A DNA stretch of 64,000 nucleotides from contig OZ024748.1 in NCBI GenBank assembly GCA_964016885.1, positions 34,844,001 through 34,908,000 of the forward strand, written 5' to 3'. Below are positions 14,677 to 25,149 of this stretch, piece after piece (position 1 is the first letter of the stretch; each line of letters begins with the position of its first letter). The DNA comes from Eledone cirrhosa (Eukaryota). Both the position numbers and the translations under genes were made by a program. The notes under the pieces are model-generated. The model saw only the letters and a program-made list of their open reading frames with translations, was not told the origin of the DNA and searched no databases.

Positions 14677-14937
14677 AAAGAATATTTAACTTCTCGACAT
14701 CTGTTCTTGTTGTGCTTCATCTTTTTATTAATTTTGTTTCTTTTCCTTTCTATTTCTGTGTCTTTCATTTATTGTTTGCTTTGCAAGGAGTATTAGATAC
14801 CTTTCTCAGTCTGCCATCGCCTACCAGCTTTTCACGTACGTTTGACTTGGTTAAATAAATAAACTAGATAGAGAGGTCTCCATACTTCTTACCTTGTCTT
14901 GACTGACATTTCATAAAGATTTTGTTTGTTCACTTTT

Positions 14938-15090
14938 TCTTTCTTCAGACTATGGTAGGGCTGTGAGTTCTCCCAAAATAAACCCTATCTTTCTTCAGAC
15001 TGTGATAAGGCTGTGAGTTCTCCTAAAACGAGCCCTGTCTTTCTTCAGAGTGAGGTAGGGCTTTGAGTTCTTCCAAAACGAGCCATGTCT
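14938..15090. repeat. 50-bp tandem repeat, 3 diverged copies
   Basis: ttcttcaga recurs at 14941, 14991 and 15041. Confidence 0.85.
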
Positions 15091-15107
15091 CAAATCTCAG
15101 GCATCAC

Positions 15108-15121
15108 GTTTCCATGACAAC
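15108..15121. promoter_or_regulatory. RFX X-box-like motif GTTTCCATGACAAC
   Basis: Close to the X-box palindrome GTTGCCATGGCAAC; function unproven. Confidence 0.35.
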
Positions 15122-15870
15122 AGATTTGAGAACTTTTTCCAGAAAATACTGATATTTGCCGACACAGATGATCAGTAGTTCCCTCTCACATCTCTCTCTC
15201 CCCCTCTTTCTCCCCCTCGCGCTCTCTCTCTCCCTCTCCCTCTCTCTCTCATAACACTACGTCTCTCTGAAACTCCTACTTTTTTCTAAATAAACAATCC
15301 AAACTATTGAATATATTCTCACTTTGTATTTTATCTGAAAGTCACAGATTGGTTTATAATTCGTTGAATCGACTAAATGGAAATGATAGCAATTGTGATT
15401 TATCGCTAATATACGTTGACTTGTCAAATTCTAAAGTAAAATTCAATTTCTTTACTTCAATCTCATGTCAAAAGACATTTCATGTATTTCTCGTTCCTTC
15501 TACATTATTGGAGAGTAGAATTTTAATAGAATTTCTTGTTCAACTTCATTATCAAACATTGTTCTCACAATTACACGACATGCTGACCAAGAAGGTGACT
15601 CAGTCATTTCATTTCCCGTCGTTTCTGTGATACGATAAACATCAATATGAACTTTAATCAATCGAGACTTTTACTCTATTTTTTCTTTCTTTTCAAAATG
15701 ACTCACATTTTTTCTTCGTTGCAAGTTTGGCTTGACTCGGTGTTTTAATGTCTTTTCAGTGTACTGGGAACCATGGAATTATTTCCTAGCTGCTGTGTTT
15801 CACAGAACCATAGAATACGGTATAGAGTAATCTTTCTCTGTTGACATGTAAACCTTGGAAATTTCATTCG

Positions 15871-16506
15871 GTTTTGGTGGGGCCTCAGTTGAACTAGGCC
15901 GTCAAGCTGAGCTAGTAATACAGCTAATGTGTAGGTTTTGGTGGGGCCTCAGTTGAACTAGGCCGTCAAGCTGAGCTAGTAATACAGCTAATGTGTAGGT
16001 TTTGGTGGGGCCTCAGTTGAACTAGGCCGTCAAGCTGAGCTAGTAATACAGCTAATGTGTAGGTTTTGGTGGGGCCTCAGTTGAACTAGGCCGTCAAGCT
16101 GAGCTAGTAATACAGCTAATGTGTAGGTTTTGGTGGGGCCTCAGTTGAACTAGGCCGTCAAGCTGAGCTAGTAATACAGCTAATGTGTAGGTTTTGGTGG
16201 GGCCTCAGTTGAACTAGGCCGTCAAGCTGAGCTAGTAATACAGCTAATGTGTAGGTTTTGGTGGGGCCTCAGTTGAACTAGGCCGTCAAGCTGAGCTAGT
16301 AATACAGCTAATGTGTAGGTTTTGGTGGGGCCTCAGTTGAACTAGGCCGTCAAGCTGAGCTAGTAATACAGCTAATGTGTAGGTTTTGGTGGGGTCTCAG
16401 TTGAACTAGGCCGTCAAGCTGAGCTAGTAATACAGCTAATGTGTAGGTTTTGGTGGGGCCTCAGTTGAACTAGGCCGTCAAGCTGAGCTAGTAATACAGC
16501 TAATGT
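15871..16506. repeat. 64-bp tandem repeat, about 10 near-identical copies
   Basis: Unit gttttggtggggcctcagttgaactaggccgtcaagctgagctagtaatacagctaatgtgtag; copies differ only by occasional single-base changes. Confidence 0.97.
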
Positions 16507-16784
16507 CATCACTTTAAAGATTATCAATATTTCTATATTCTGACATACACCACCTTTTGTTGAAGGAATGTGTTAATAGCGAACATTCTTTTCACATCAA
16601 ATGAATTACATACTAAGGTATTATAAAAACCTACAGGTAAAATGTCGCTATCATTGTTAGTATTATTCCTATCAATTTGAATTTAGTGTTGTATTCTCTT
16701 AATGTTTAGCTTAGTTGTTTACTTGACTGTAATCTCTGAAATAATAACCTAGTTTTAAAATGGGGAGGATCTATCAGACATTGT

Positions 16785-16880
16785 AGGTATTTAGTTGCGT
16801 ATCTTTATGTTCTGAGTTCGAATCCTGAATGTGAGTTCTAAGCTCGACTTTGTCTTTTATCTCCAATATTGATATAATGC
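16785..16880 (+). mobile_element. Degenerate tRNA-derived SINE head
   Basis: B-box-like ctgagttcgaatcc followed by tcgactttgtcttttatc; related copies on - at about 30655-30730 and 32135-32205. Confidence 0.5.
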
Positions 16881-17419
16881 CCTTCTCTAAATTTGGCGCT
16901 TTGTGCCCATATATGGAACTTGGACCAAAGGCAAACATTCGAAATTTAAACCATGTGCAATTGTTTGGAATCTGTAGTCAAATACCCAGGTTTGAAATTT
17001 GAGGTCTGTGACAACGTTTGAAATTAATGTGAAACAAAAAGGAGAGAAACACATAATCAAGATTAAAATACCGCAAGGCATTCGATCCAATATTCTAACG
17101 ACTCTGTCAATTCACTTCCTTACAACGTAGTCCCCTCCAACAATAACAACGTAGTCCCCCTCCCTAACAACACCCTCTCCCCCATAACAACAACAACAAA
17201 CAACCATTTCTCCCCCTTCCCCTACAAAACTTGTGCGAATATCTGTTTCTGTGTGTATGTATGTGTTTGTGTATATGTGTATGTATGTGTATGATGCTGT
17301 GCGTGCGTATGTGTGTATGTATATATATGTATGTATGTAATGTATGTATATGTATGTATGTATGTGTATGTATGTGTATGTATGTAGTTGTATATATGTG
17401 TCTCTATGTGTATGTATGT

Positions 17420-17640
17420 ACATGATATGTATGTATATGCAAAACTATATTCAACAAGCCTACATTATATGTATGTATATACGCAATATTATATTCAACA
17501 AGCCTACATTATATGTATATGTATATGTATGTGTATGTATATGCAATATTTTATTCAACCAGCCTACATTATATGTATGTATATGTATGTGTATGTGTAT
17601 GCAATACTATATACAACAAGCCTACATTATATGTATGCGT
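17420..17640. repeat. Minisatellite atattcaacaagcctacattatatgtat.. (4 copies) in (TATG)n
   Basis: Direct inspection. Confidence 0.75.
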
Positions 17641-17829
17641 GTGTACATGTATGTGTCTGTATATACAATACTGTATACAACAATATATTTTTCAGTGTTT
17701 ACAATAAAAACAAATTCCTGTATTTTTCTTTTAAAATTAATAAAATATAATAGAAATAACAAAAATAAAAAACATTTATCTCCGATGTTCTTTCGCTTCT
17801 TAACTTTACAGTATGTATATATATATATA

Positions 17830-17868
17830 TACACATATATATATATACATATATACATATATGCATAC

Positions 17869-17899
<31 letters not shown>

Positions 17900-17951
17900 T
17901 ACATATATATTTACACACACACACACACACATATATATACATATACACACA

Positions 17952-18002
<51 letters not shown>

Positions 18003-18060
18003 ACATGAATGAATACATACATATATGAACTCATAAACACACACACACACACACACGCAC

Positions 18061-18091
<31 letters not shown>

Positions 18092-18176
18092 TGTATATAT
18101 AAAAATAAAACGGGAAATGTGAGTAAACCTGTTTGAATTTTGAAAAAATAAACAGGAAAATGTATATGGAAAAATA

Positions 18177-18232
<56 letters not shown>

Positions 18233-18317
18233 TATTTTTCCATATACATTTTCCTGTTTATTTTTTCAAAATTCAAACAGGTTTACTCACATTTCCCGTT
18301 TTATTTTTATATATACA

Positions 18318-18348
<31 letters not shown>

Positions 18349-18406
18349 GTGCGTGTGTGTGTGTGTGTGTGTTTATGAGTTCATATATGTATGTATTCAT
18401 TCATGT

Positions 18407-18451
<45 letters not shown>

Positions 18452-18503
18452 TGTGTGTATATGTATATATATGTGTGTGTGTGTGTGTGTAAATATATAT
18501 GTA

Positions 18504-18541
<38 letters not shown>

Positions 18542-18575
18542 CATATATGTATATATGTATATATATATATGTGTG
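17830..18575. repeat. Large palindrome, arms about 370 bp, centred on an (AT)n tract at 18204/18205
   Basis: Unique sequence 18090-18178 is mirrored exactly at 18231-18320; ORFs 18031..18276(-) and 18133..18378(+) are identical. Confidence 0.95.
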
Positions 18576-18803
18576 TGTATGAAATTGTATGTATATATAA
18601 ATATATATATATGTGTCTCTATGTGTGTGTGTAAATATATATGTATATATGTATATATATATATATATGTATGTATGTGTATATATATGTGTCTGTGTGT
18701 GTGTGTGTGTGAAATTGTATGTGTATATATATATATGTATATACACACATGTAAAAATTATCTCCTGTGATTGTTTATTTATATGTTAATCAATTTCTAG
18801 TTG

Positions 18804-18935
<132 letters not shown>

Positions 18936-19233
18936 CTCATCATATATAATAACCACATATACATATTTACAGTCAAACTCATATTTTTTTGTTCATCAAG
19001 GAATTACATTCGTGGGAAATCAAATCTGTGCACTGATATCACGTGACCAGGGCTGTTCTTTTTTCTTCCAAAATTTATCGGAATATTCTTTACCAATTAT
19101 AGCTATCTCCCTATAAGGGACATTGACTGTAGATTTGGTAAAAGTTATATATATTATTTATATATATATATATATTTAGAGAGAGATACGCCACCTACAC
19201 GCAGACATACCCATAATTATATATATGTATATA

Positions 19234-19305
<72 letters not shown>

Positions 19306-19429
19306 GGTGTTGGATGCTTAAAGCGTCCGTATGCGGTAGGTCGTGTGAGCAGAGTATGATATCACAGAAAAAAAGAGAATCAGTGGTGCGGCGATTGGAA
19401 TTTATTGGACATATTACAATCGTTTCTCT

Positions 19430-19675
19430 GGCGACCAACTCGAGGCACGATCGATGTGATGATCGAACCTGACTCTGAAAATCGCAAGGTCCTCAGATAC
19501 GTCTTGATTCTACGAAGCAGATTTTCCTATGTCCTTTTACATCGATATACTTCGCCTGTCGATGTAAAAGGACATTAGGAAAATCTGCTTCGTAGAATCA
19601 AGACGTATCTGAGGACCTTGCGATTTTCAGAGTCAGGTTCGATCATCACATCGATCGTGCCTCGAGCTGGTCGCC
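19430..19675. repeat. Near-perfect inverted repeat, arms about 116 bp, 13-nt loop
   Basis: 19430-19545 is the reverse complement of 19559-19675 apart from one mismatch and one 1-nt indel seen. Confidence 0.95.
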
Positions 19676-19677
19676 TT

Positions 19678-20137
19678 TGTGGTGGTGGTGGTGGTGGTGG
19701 TGGTGGTGGTGGTGGTGGTGGTGGTGGTTGTGGTGATGGTGGTGGTGGTTGTGGTGGTGGTGGTGTGTGATGAGGGGGAGGTGTGTGTGGAGGGGGGGGG
19801 GGGGGGGGGGGGGGGTAGTTTCTGTTGCTGCTTTTGTGGTGGTGGTGGTGGTGGTGGTGGTGGTGTGGTGGTTCGTGGTGATGGTGGGGGAGGTGGTGGT
19901 GGTGGTGGTGTTGGTGGTGGTGGTGGTGGTTGTGGTGATGGTGGTGGTGGTTGTGGTGGTGGTGGTGTGTGATGGGGTGTGTGGGGGGGGGGGGGGGGGT
20001 AGTTTCTGTTGCTGCCTTTGTGGTGGTGGTGGTGGTGGTGGTGGTTGTGGTGATGGTTGTGGTGATGGTGGTAGTGGTAGTGGTGGTGGTGGAGGTGGTG
20101 GTGGTGGTGGTGGTGGTGGTGGTGGTGGTGGTGGTGA
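19678..20137. repeat. (GGT)n region with a duplicated poly-G + tagtttctgttgctgc block
   Basis: Direct inspection. Confidence 0.85.
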
Positions 20138-20646
20138 TGTTGTACTTGTACAACATAAAACTGTTTCGCGAATCTTTCAATCTAAATTGAAATCGAAATA
20201 TCAAACTACATATGTGTATGTGTGTGTGCTTGTGTGTGTGTACTTGTGTATATATATGTGTGTGTGTGTCTGGAATTGGTTATGTATGTGTATGTATTTG
20301 TCTGTGTATATATGCTAAAGTAGAAACACACATACACACATACATACAGACAGACAGACCGACAGATAACTAACTAGATAGATAGATAATTAGATAGAGA
20401 GATAGATAGATAGAGGGAGAGAGAGGGGGGAGAGGGAGAGAGAGGGGGAAGAGGGGGAGAGGAGAGAGAGAAGGAGAGGGAGAGATATACAGAGATAGAG
20501 AGAGTTAAAGATAATAGCTGTATGTCCCAGGGCACACAATTGTGTTTATGAAAGACGGAATTTAATAAAATGAAAATACTTAATGACACCGTTTATTTGA
20601 AGTAGAAAATGATAGGGGGGGGGGGGTAATATCTTCATTGTAGTTG

Positions 20647-20910
20647 ATCATCATCATCATCATCATGACCATCATCATCATCATCATGAACATCATCATC
20701 ACCATCATCATCATCATCACTGTCATCATCAACATCATTACTATCATCATAATCATCACCACCATCATCACCACCACCACCACCACCATCACCATTATCA
20801 CCACTATCATCATCACCATCATCACATGACCAACATCATCACCATCACCATCATTACCACTACCACCAACATCATCATCACCATCTATACCATTATCACC
20901 ACCACCACCA
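20647..20910. repeat. (CAT/CAC)n trinucleotide repeat
   Basis: Direct inspection. Confidence 0.85.
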
Positions 20911-21251
20911 ACTTTAGCATTCATTTAAAATTACTATAATGAATTATTACTTGGTTTAATTCTCTCTCTAAAACTATTTTTGTATCATTTAATGTTTTTA
21001 TTAATGTTGGTAAAATATTGATATAGGTTTCAACTAAAACATATTTGAGGAAACACATTAGTTCATAAGATGAGCTTTATAAACTAGGGGAGATAACACG
21101 GGATCTGTAGAATAGCATTACCTCCCTTGACTGCACTCTTTTTCTACAGTGAAACAGATTAAACACGAAGAAATGTCAATTACAAACTTCACATTGTCTA
21201 AACTAACAGATTAATTAATTAAATATATGATCAATTGATTATTAAAATAGC

Positions 21252-21554
21252 ATGCCGTTCGGGATGAAGCCTGTGTGTTCTTCATGTAAGTCGACATCTT
21301 CGACAATGTGGCGGAAGGGAAACCAAGGCGAGATCCTTTGTAATTCTTGTGGTATGAAAAGCTGCAACAAAGAAAACCCGGACGGTTCCGCTGGGAACTC
21401 GACCAATTCCAGTAAAAACTCTTCTCATTCTTTGTCTGCTGGCCCTGTTCTTAGGAAAAGTTCCCGAATTCGTCCGACCAAAAATCGGATACAAACAACA
21501 TCGAAATCCCTCGGAACGAAAGGCAAAAGTCGGAGAAATATCTTCAAAAAAACG
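21252..21554 (+). CDS. GATAD1: GATA zinc finger domain-containing protein 1, coding exon 1
   Basis: MPFGMKPVCSSC..WRK..ILCNSC GATA-type finger and TKGKSRRNIFK match GATAD1; GT donor at 21555. Confidence 0.92.
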
Positions 21555-22254
21555 GTCTGTGTTTTGTTTATGATGTTATTAATTACAATATTGTTGTTAT
21601 ATAGATAAATATGATGGTTAATGATGTTGTTATTGTTGATGTTCTGTGAATTCTGTTAGAGTGTTGACCGAAATGTTTTGTTATAGTTAGTTACGGTGTT
21701 GTTATTGTAGTTGCAGTTGTTATTGTTGTTGCCCAGATCAACCTTGATCGGTTCTGCCTATGATCAATGACGTAGTCGTAACTATCCCTCCGTTTTATAA
21801 GAGAATATTGTGTGGTTCGAAGGAGATTTGACTTCTATTTCTAGAAACGACTACGACGAGAATATTTACTCGTTTCAAGGCCGGTGGTGTGATTCTTAGA
21901 AAGATATGAAGCCTTGTTTTATGGCCGATTATATTATTGTTGTTGATGACAGTGATTAAAGTATGTTCTTGTTGTTGCTATAGTAGTTGCTGATGGTAGT
22001 TTTATATTAAAATGTTATCTAAAGAAGTCGGTGTACTGTCAAAGATGCTGTTGTTTAGCCCCAGGTCACTTCTAATCGAACAGACGTATGATGACAAGAC
22101 ATACCAGATGTGACCATCACATCATTTTCGTATTTTAAATACGGTGTATCTAGGATCACCTCATGTAATGTGTTTTAAGACTAGGGTGCAATTTGAATGA
22201 TATTTGGCTGTTGTTTCTAGCAGTTCTAATAAACTATGTAAGGTGGTAGTGCCA

Positions 22255-22460
22255 TGAAAAGAAGGCTCCCAGTACACACTGTAAAGTGGTTGACATTAGA
22301 AAAGGCATCCAACCATAGAAAACCAAACCAAAAGAGAAACTTATGAGCAAGACTTGGACATCTAACCTGTCCAACTTCGGGTGACAGAGCCCGCCTAAAC
22401 CATGCACGCATGGAAAATAGATGTTAAATAGTGATGATGTTGGTGATGATGATGATGATG
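22255..22460 (+). mobile_element. SINE 3' portion with (GAT)n tail
   Basis: cactgtaaagtggttgacattagaaaaggcatcc..catggaaa..gatgatg shared with copies at 25654 and 28880. Confidence 0.65.
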
Positions 22461-22576
22461 TAGTTTGTGTTTATGTATGTGATGCATGTATGTATTTGCT
22501 ATGTTGTATATATGTCTATATAATGTGGTGTATGCATATATTTATTTAATGTCTGTGATCCTCTCTAATCTTCCAG

Positions 22577-22639
22577 CACCCAATCAAAGCCCCTACAGCG
22601 GTATCAACTATTGTGTCAGGGGACAGTGTCTTCTATAAT
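22577..22639 (+). CDS. GATAD1: GATAD1 coding exon 2 (HPIKAPTAVSTIVSGDSVFYN)
   Basis: ttccag acceptor and gtaagt donor, 63 nt in phase 0; matches the conserved PIKAP..VSTI motif. Confidence 0.92.
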
Positions 22640-22699
22640 GTAAGTTAAACCTTTCGTTACAGTTAGCTTTCAGTCTAGTTGAAAAGTTTGAAGGATTCA

Positions 22700-23397
22700 A
22701 TATGAAGGGCTGTCTACTTTAAAGGGATCCTTCACATTTCAGTATGATGGGCTGTCTACTTTAAAAGGGATCCTTCACATTTCAGTATGAAGAGCTGTCT
22801 ACTTTAAAAGGGACCCCTTCACATTTCAGTATGAAGGGCTGTCTACTTTAAAAGAGTTCCCTCAACATTTCAGTATGAAGGGCTGTGTACTTTAGAAGGG
22901 ACCTCTTCATATTTCAGTATGAAGGGCTGTCTACTTTAAAAGGGATCCCTTCACATTTCAGTATGAAGGGCTGTCTACTTTAAAAGGGTCCCTTCACATT
23001 TCAGTATGAAGGGCTGTCTACTTTAAAAGGGATCCCTTCACAATTCAGTATGAAGGGCTATCTACTTTAAAAGGAATCGCTCCACAATTTAGTATGAAGG
23101 GCTGACTACTTTAAAAGGGATCTCTCCACATTTCAGTATGAAGGACTGTCTACTTTAAAAGGGACCCCTTCACATTTCAGTATGAAGGGCTGTGTACTTT
23201 AGAAGGGATCCCTTCATATTTCAGTATGAAGGGCTGTCTACTTTGAAAGGAGGTCCCTTCACAATTCATTATGAAGGGATGGCTACTTTAAAAGGGATCC
23301 CTTCACAATTCAGTATGAAGGGCTGTCTACTTTGAAAGGAGGTCCATTCACAATTCAGTATGAAGAGTTGTCTACTTTAAAAGGGATCTCTCCACAC
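22700..23397. repeat. About 44-bp tandem repeat, about 16 copies (cagtatgaagggctgtctactttaaaagggatcccttcacattt)
   Basis: Period 44 between 22871 and 22915; internal palindrome aagggatccctt. Confidence 0.95.
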
Positions 23398-23779
23398 AGT
23401 AAATTTTTGTTTCTATATATTATTTAGTCTGATATTTAGCTACAAGTCTCCCTGCTTTTAGAATAAGTAAACTGTATCCTTGTGTCACAAGAGGCAACTT
23501 AGTGTTAGTCTCAGCAGCCAGCCATGTAACATTGGATAGAAAGTTCCATTAAACCAAAGACATCAAGAAAAGACAAATATAAAAACAAGAACAACAAGAA
23601 AAAGAAAAGATTTTAGCCCATAGCCTTTCCAGGTCGTTCTGTGGCTTGATTGCGTCTGAAAAACTGATCGTCTATACCCAGGATATGGGGAAGTTAAATG
23701 TGGTCAGGTGTAGGTATATAGCAATGTGTATATCTAGATGTATGGGTATGGAACAGTGTAGAGTCTTAACTACTAAAGC

Positions 23780-24060
23780 ATCAAGTTGATGGACCAGGTG
23801 ATGAAAGTTGCTGGAAGTGTTATAGTACAACTAATTAGGGACAGAATCAAGTTAAATAAGGTTCAGTTTGGTTTTATACCAAGTAGAGAAACTACCGATC
23901 TCTTCTGTAAGACAACTACAGAAGAGATCCATAGCTAAGTGTAAGCCACTGTACCTAGCATTTGTAGATCTGGAGAAGGTCTTCAACAAGGTGCCCTGCT
24001 TTGTAATCTGGTGGGCCTTAGGAAGTTAAGTGTAGACGAATGGCCAAGGAAACCAAGGTA
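23780..24060 (+). mobile_element. Decayed RTE-type RT fragment
   Basis: Encodes QFGF.., KPLYLAFVDLEK.FNKVP, IWWAL in broken frames, like the copy at 27400-27600. Confidence 0.7.
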
Positions 24061-24134
24061 AGCACTGGCCTGATGAGTCTTGGGGCTTATGACAGACTTT
24101 TTAATTGCGGCTGCATCATTCAACAATAATATTT

Positions 24135-24316
24135 TGTCTAAATTATATTTATTTTTTCTCTAGGGTCTGTTGTCTAGATTAATCTTTCTCTAGTGTCTGT
24201 AGTCTAAATTATATATAATTGTATTTTTTCTAGGGTTTGTTGTCTAAATGATATATAATTATATTTTCTCTAGTGCCTGTTGTCTAAATTATATTTATAT
24301 ATTCTCTAGGGTCTGT
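24135..24316 (+). repeat. 30-40-bp tandem repeat containing the exon-3 splice acceptor (5 copies)
   Basis: tt(c)tctag followed by ggtctgt-like sequence, TAG at 24161, 24191, 24231, 24271 and 24307. Confidence 0.85.
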
Positions 24317-24493
24317 ACTACCAGGTGGGGGATATAGTGTCCCTCCTTGATGATGATGGCCAGTCTGTATACTATGCCCAACTACGAGGTTTGTTACAAG
24401 ATCAATACAATGAGAAAAGTGCAGTTATATCTTGGCTGCTTCCTACACAGTCCAGCCCCAAAAATAGATTTGATCCCAGCACATATATCTTAG
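24310..24493 (+). CDS. GATAD1: GATAD1 coding exon 3
   Basis: GLYYQVGDIVSLLDDDGQSVYYAQLRGLLQDQYNEKSAVISWLLPT..FDPSTYIL; ag/gt boundaries, ends in phase 1. Confidence 0.95.
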
Positions 24494-24946
24494 GTAATTC
24501 CTTTTCTTTATTATTTGTGTTTTATTTTATGGATTATATCAATCTCTCTCTCTCGGTATATATATAGTAAGAGAGAGATTGAATGACTGAGATATGTAAA
24601 TATATATATATATAGAGAGAGAGGCAGATAACAGTTTGCCTGCTCACCTCGCCTAACCTGATTAGATGCTTTTTTTTTTGTTGCCTTCCAACCTCTTTTT
24701 CTTCTAGCTTGACTCTGATACATAGAGACTGACATTCCTTTTCCAACAAGCATGAAACTAATAAGTCTCTGTGTAATTATTGTATCTCTCTGTTGTCTTT
24801 TTTAATCTTGAATATATAATCTACTGAACCACCTAATATTATAAATATATATAGAAATGAATTAGGAAATGTAATCACTGTTATATGTATTATGTTTATT
24901 AATCTATACCTGAAAACTAATAACATATTTAACACAGTATTACTAA

Positions 24947-25095
24947 TCATCATCATTTTTACATCCACTTTTTCCTGCATGCAAGGGTGAGGCAGGTCCT
25001 CTTCAGCACAGCATCTCCATTTGTTACTGTCCTTCATCATCTCCTCTGTGAGCTTCAGCGATCTGAGTCAGCTCTCACCACTTCCGCCCATGTTG
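24947..25095 (-). mobile_element. 3' end of an RTE-type LINE with (ATG)n tail
   Basis: Reverse strand encodes TWAEVVRAD and LTEEMMKDSNKWR pieces, then cacccttgcatgcaggaaaaagtggatgtaaaaatgatgatg. Confidence 0.65.
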
Positions 25096-25149
25096 TTGAG
25101 CTCAAAATTACTAATATATATATATATATATATACACCTATATATATAT

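Noticed and set aside
14105-16506. CRISPR-like appearance of the 44- and 64-bp palindromic repeats
   Set aside because: Head-to-tail units with no unique spacers, no cas genes, eukaryotic context
19038-19047. E-box tcacgtgac as the GATAD1 promoter
   Set aside because: Single short motif without supporting evidence for a start site
20376-20412. (AGAT)n as autoregulatory GATA sites for GATAD1
   Set aside because: Common microsatellite, and GATAD1 is not established as a GATA-motif binder
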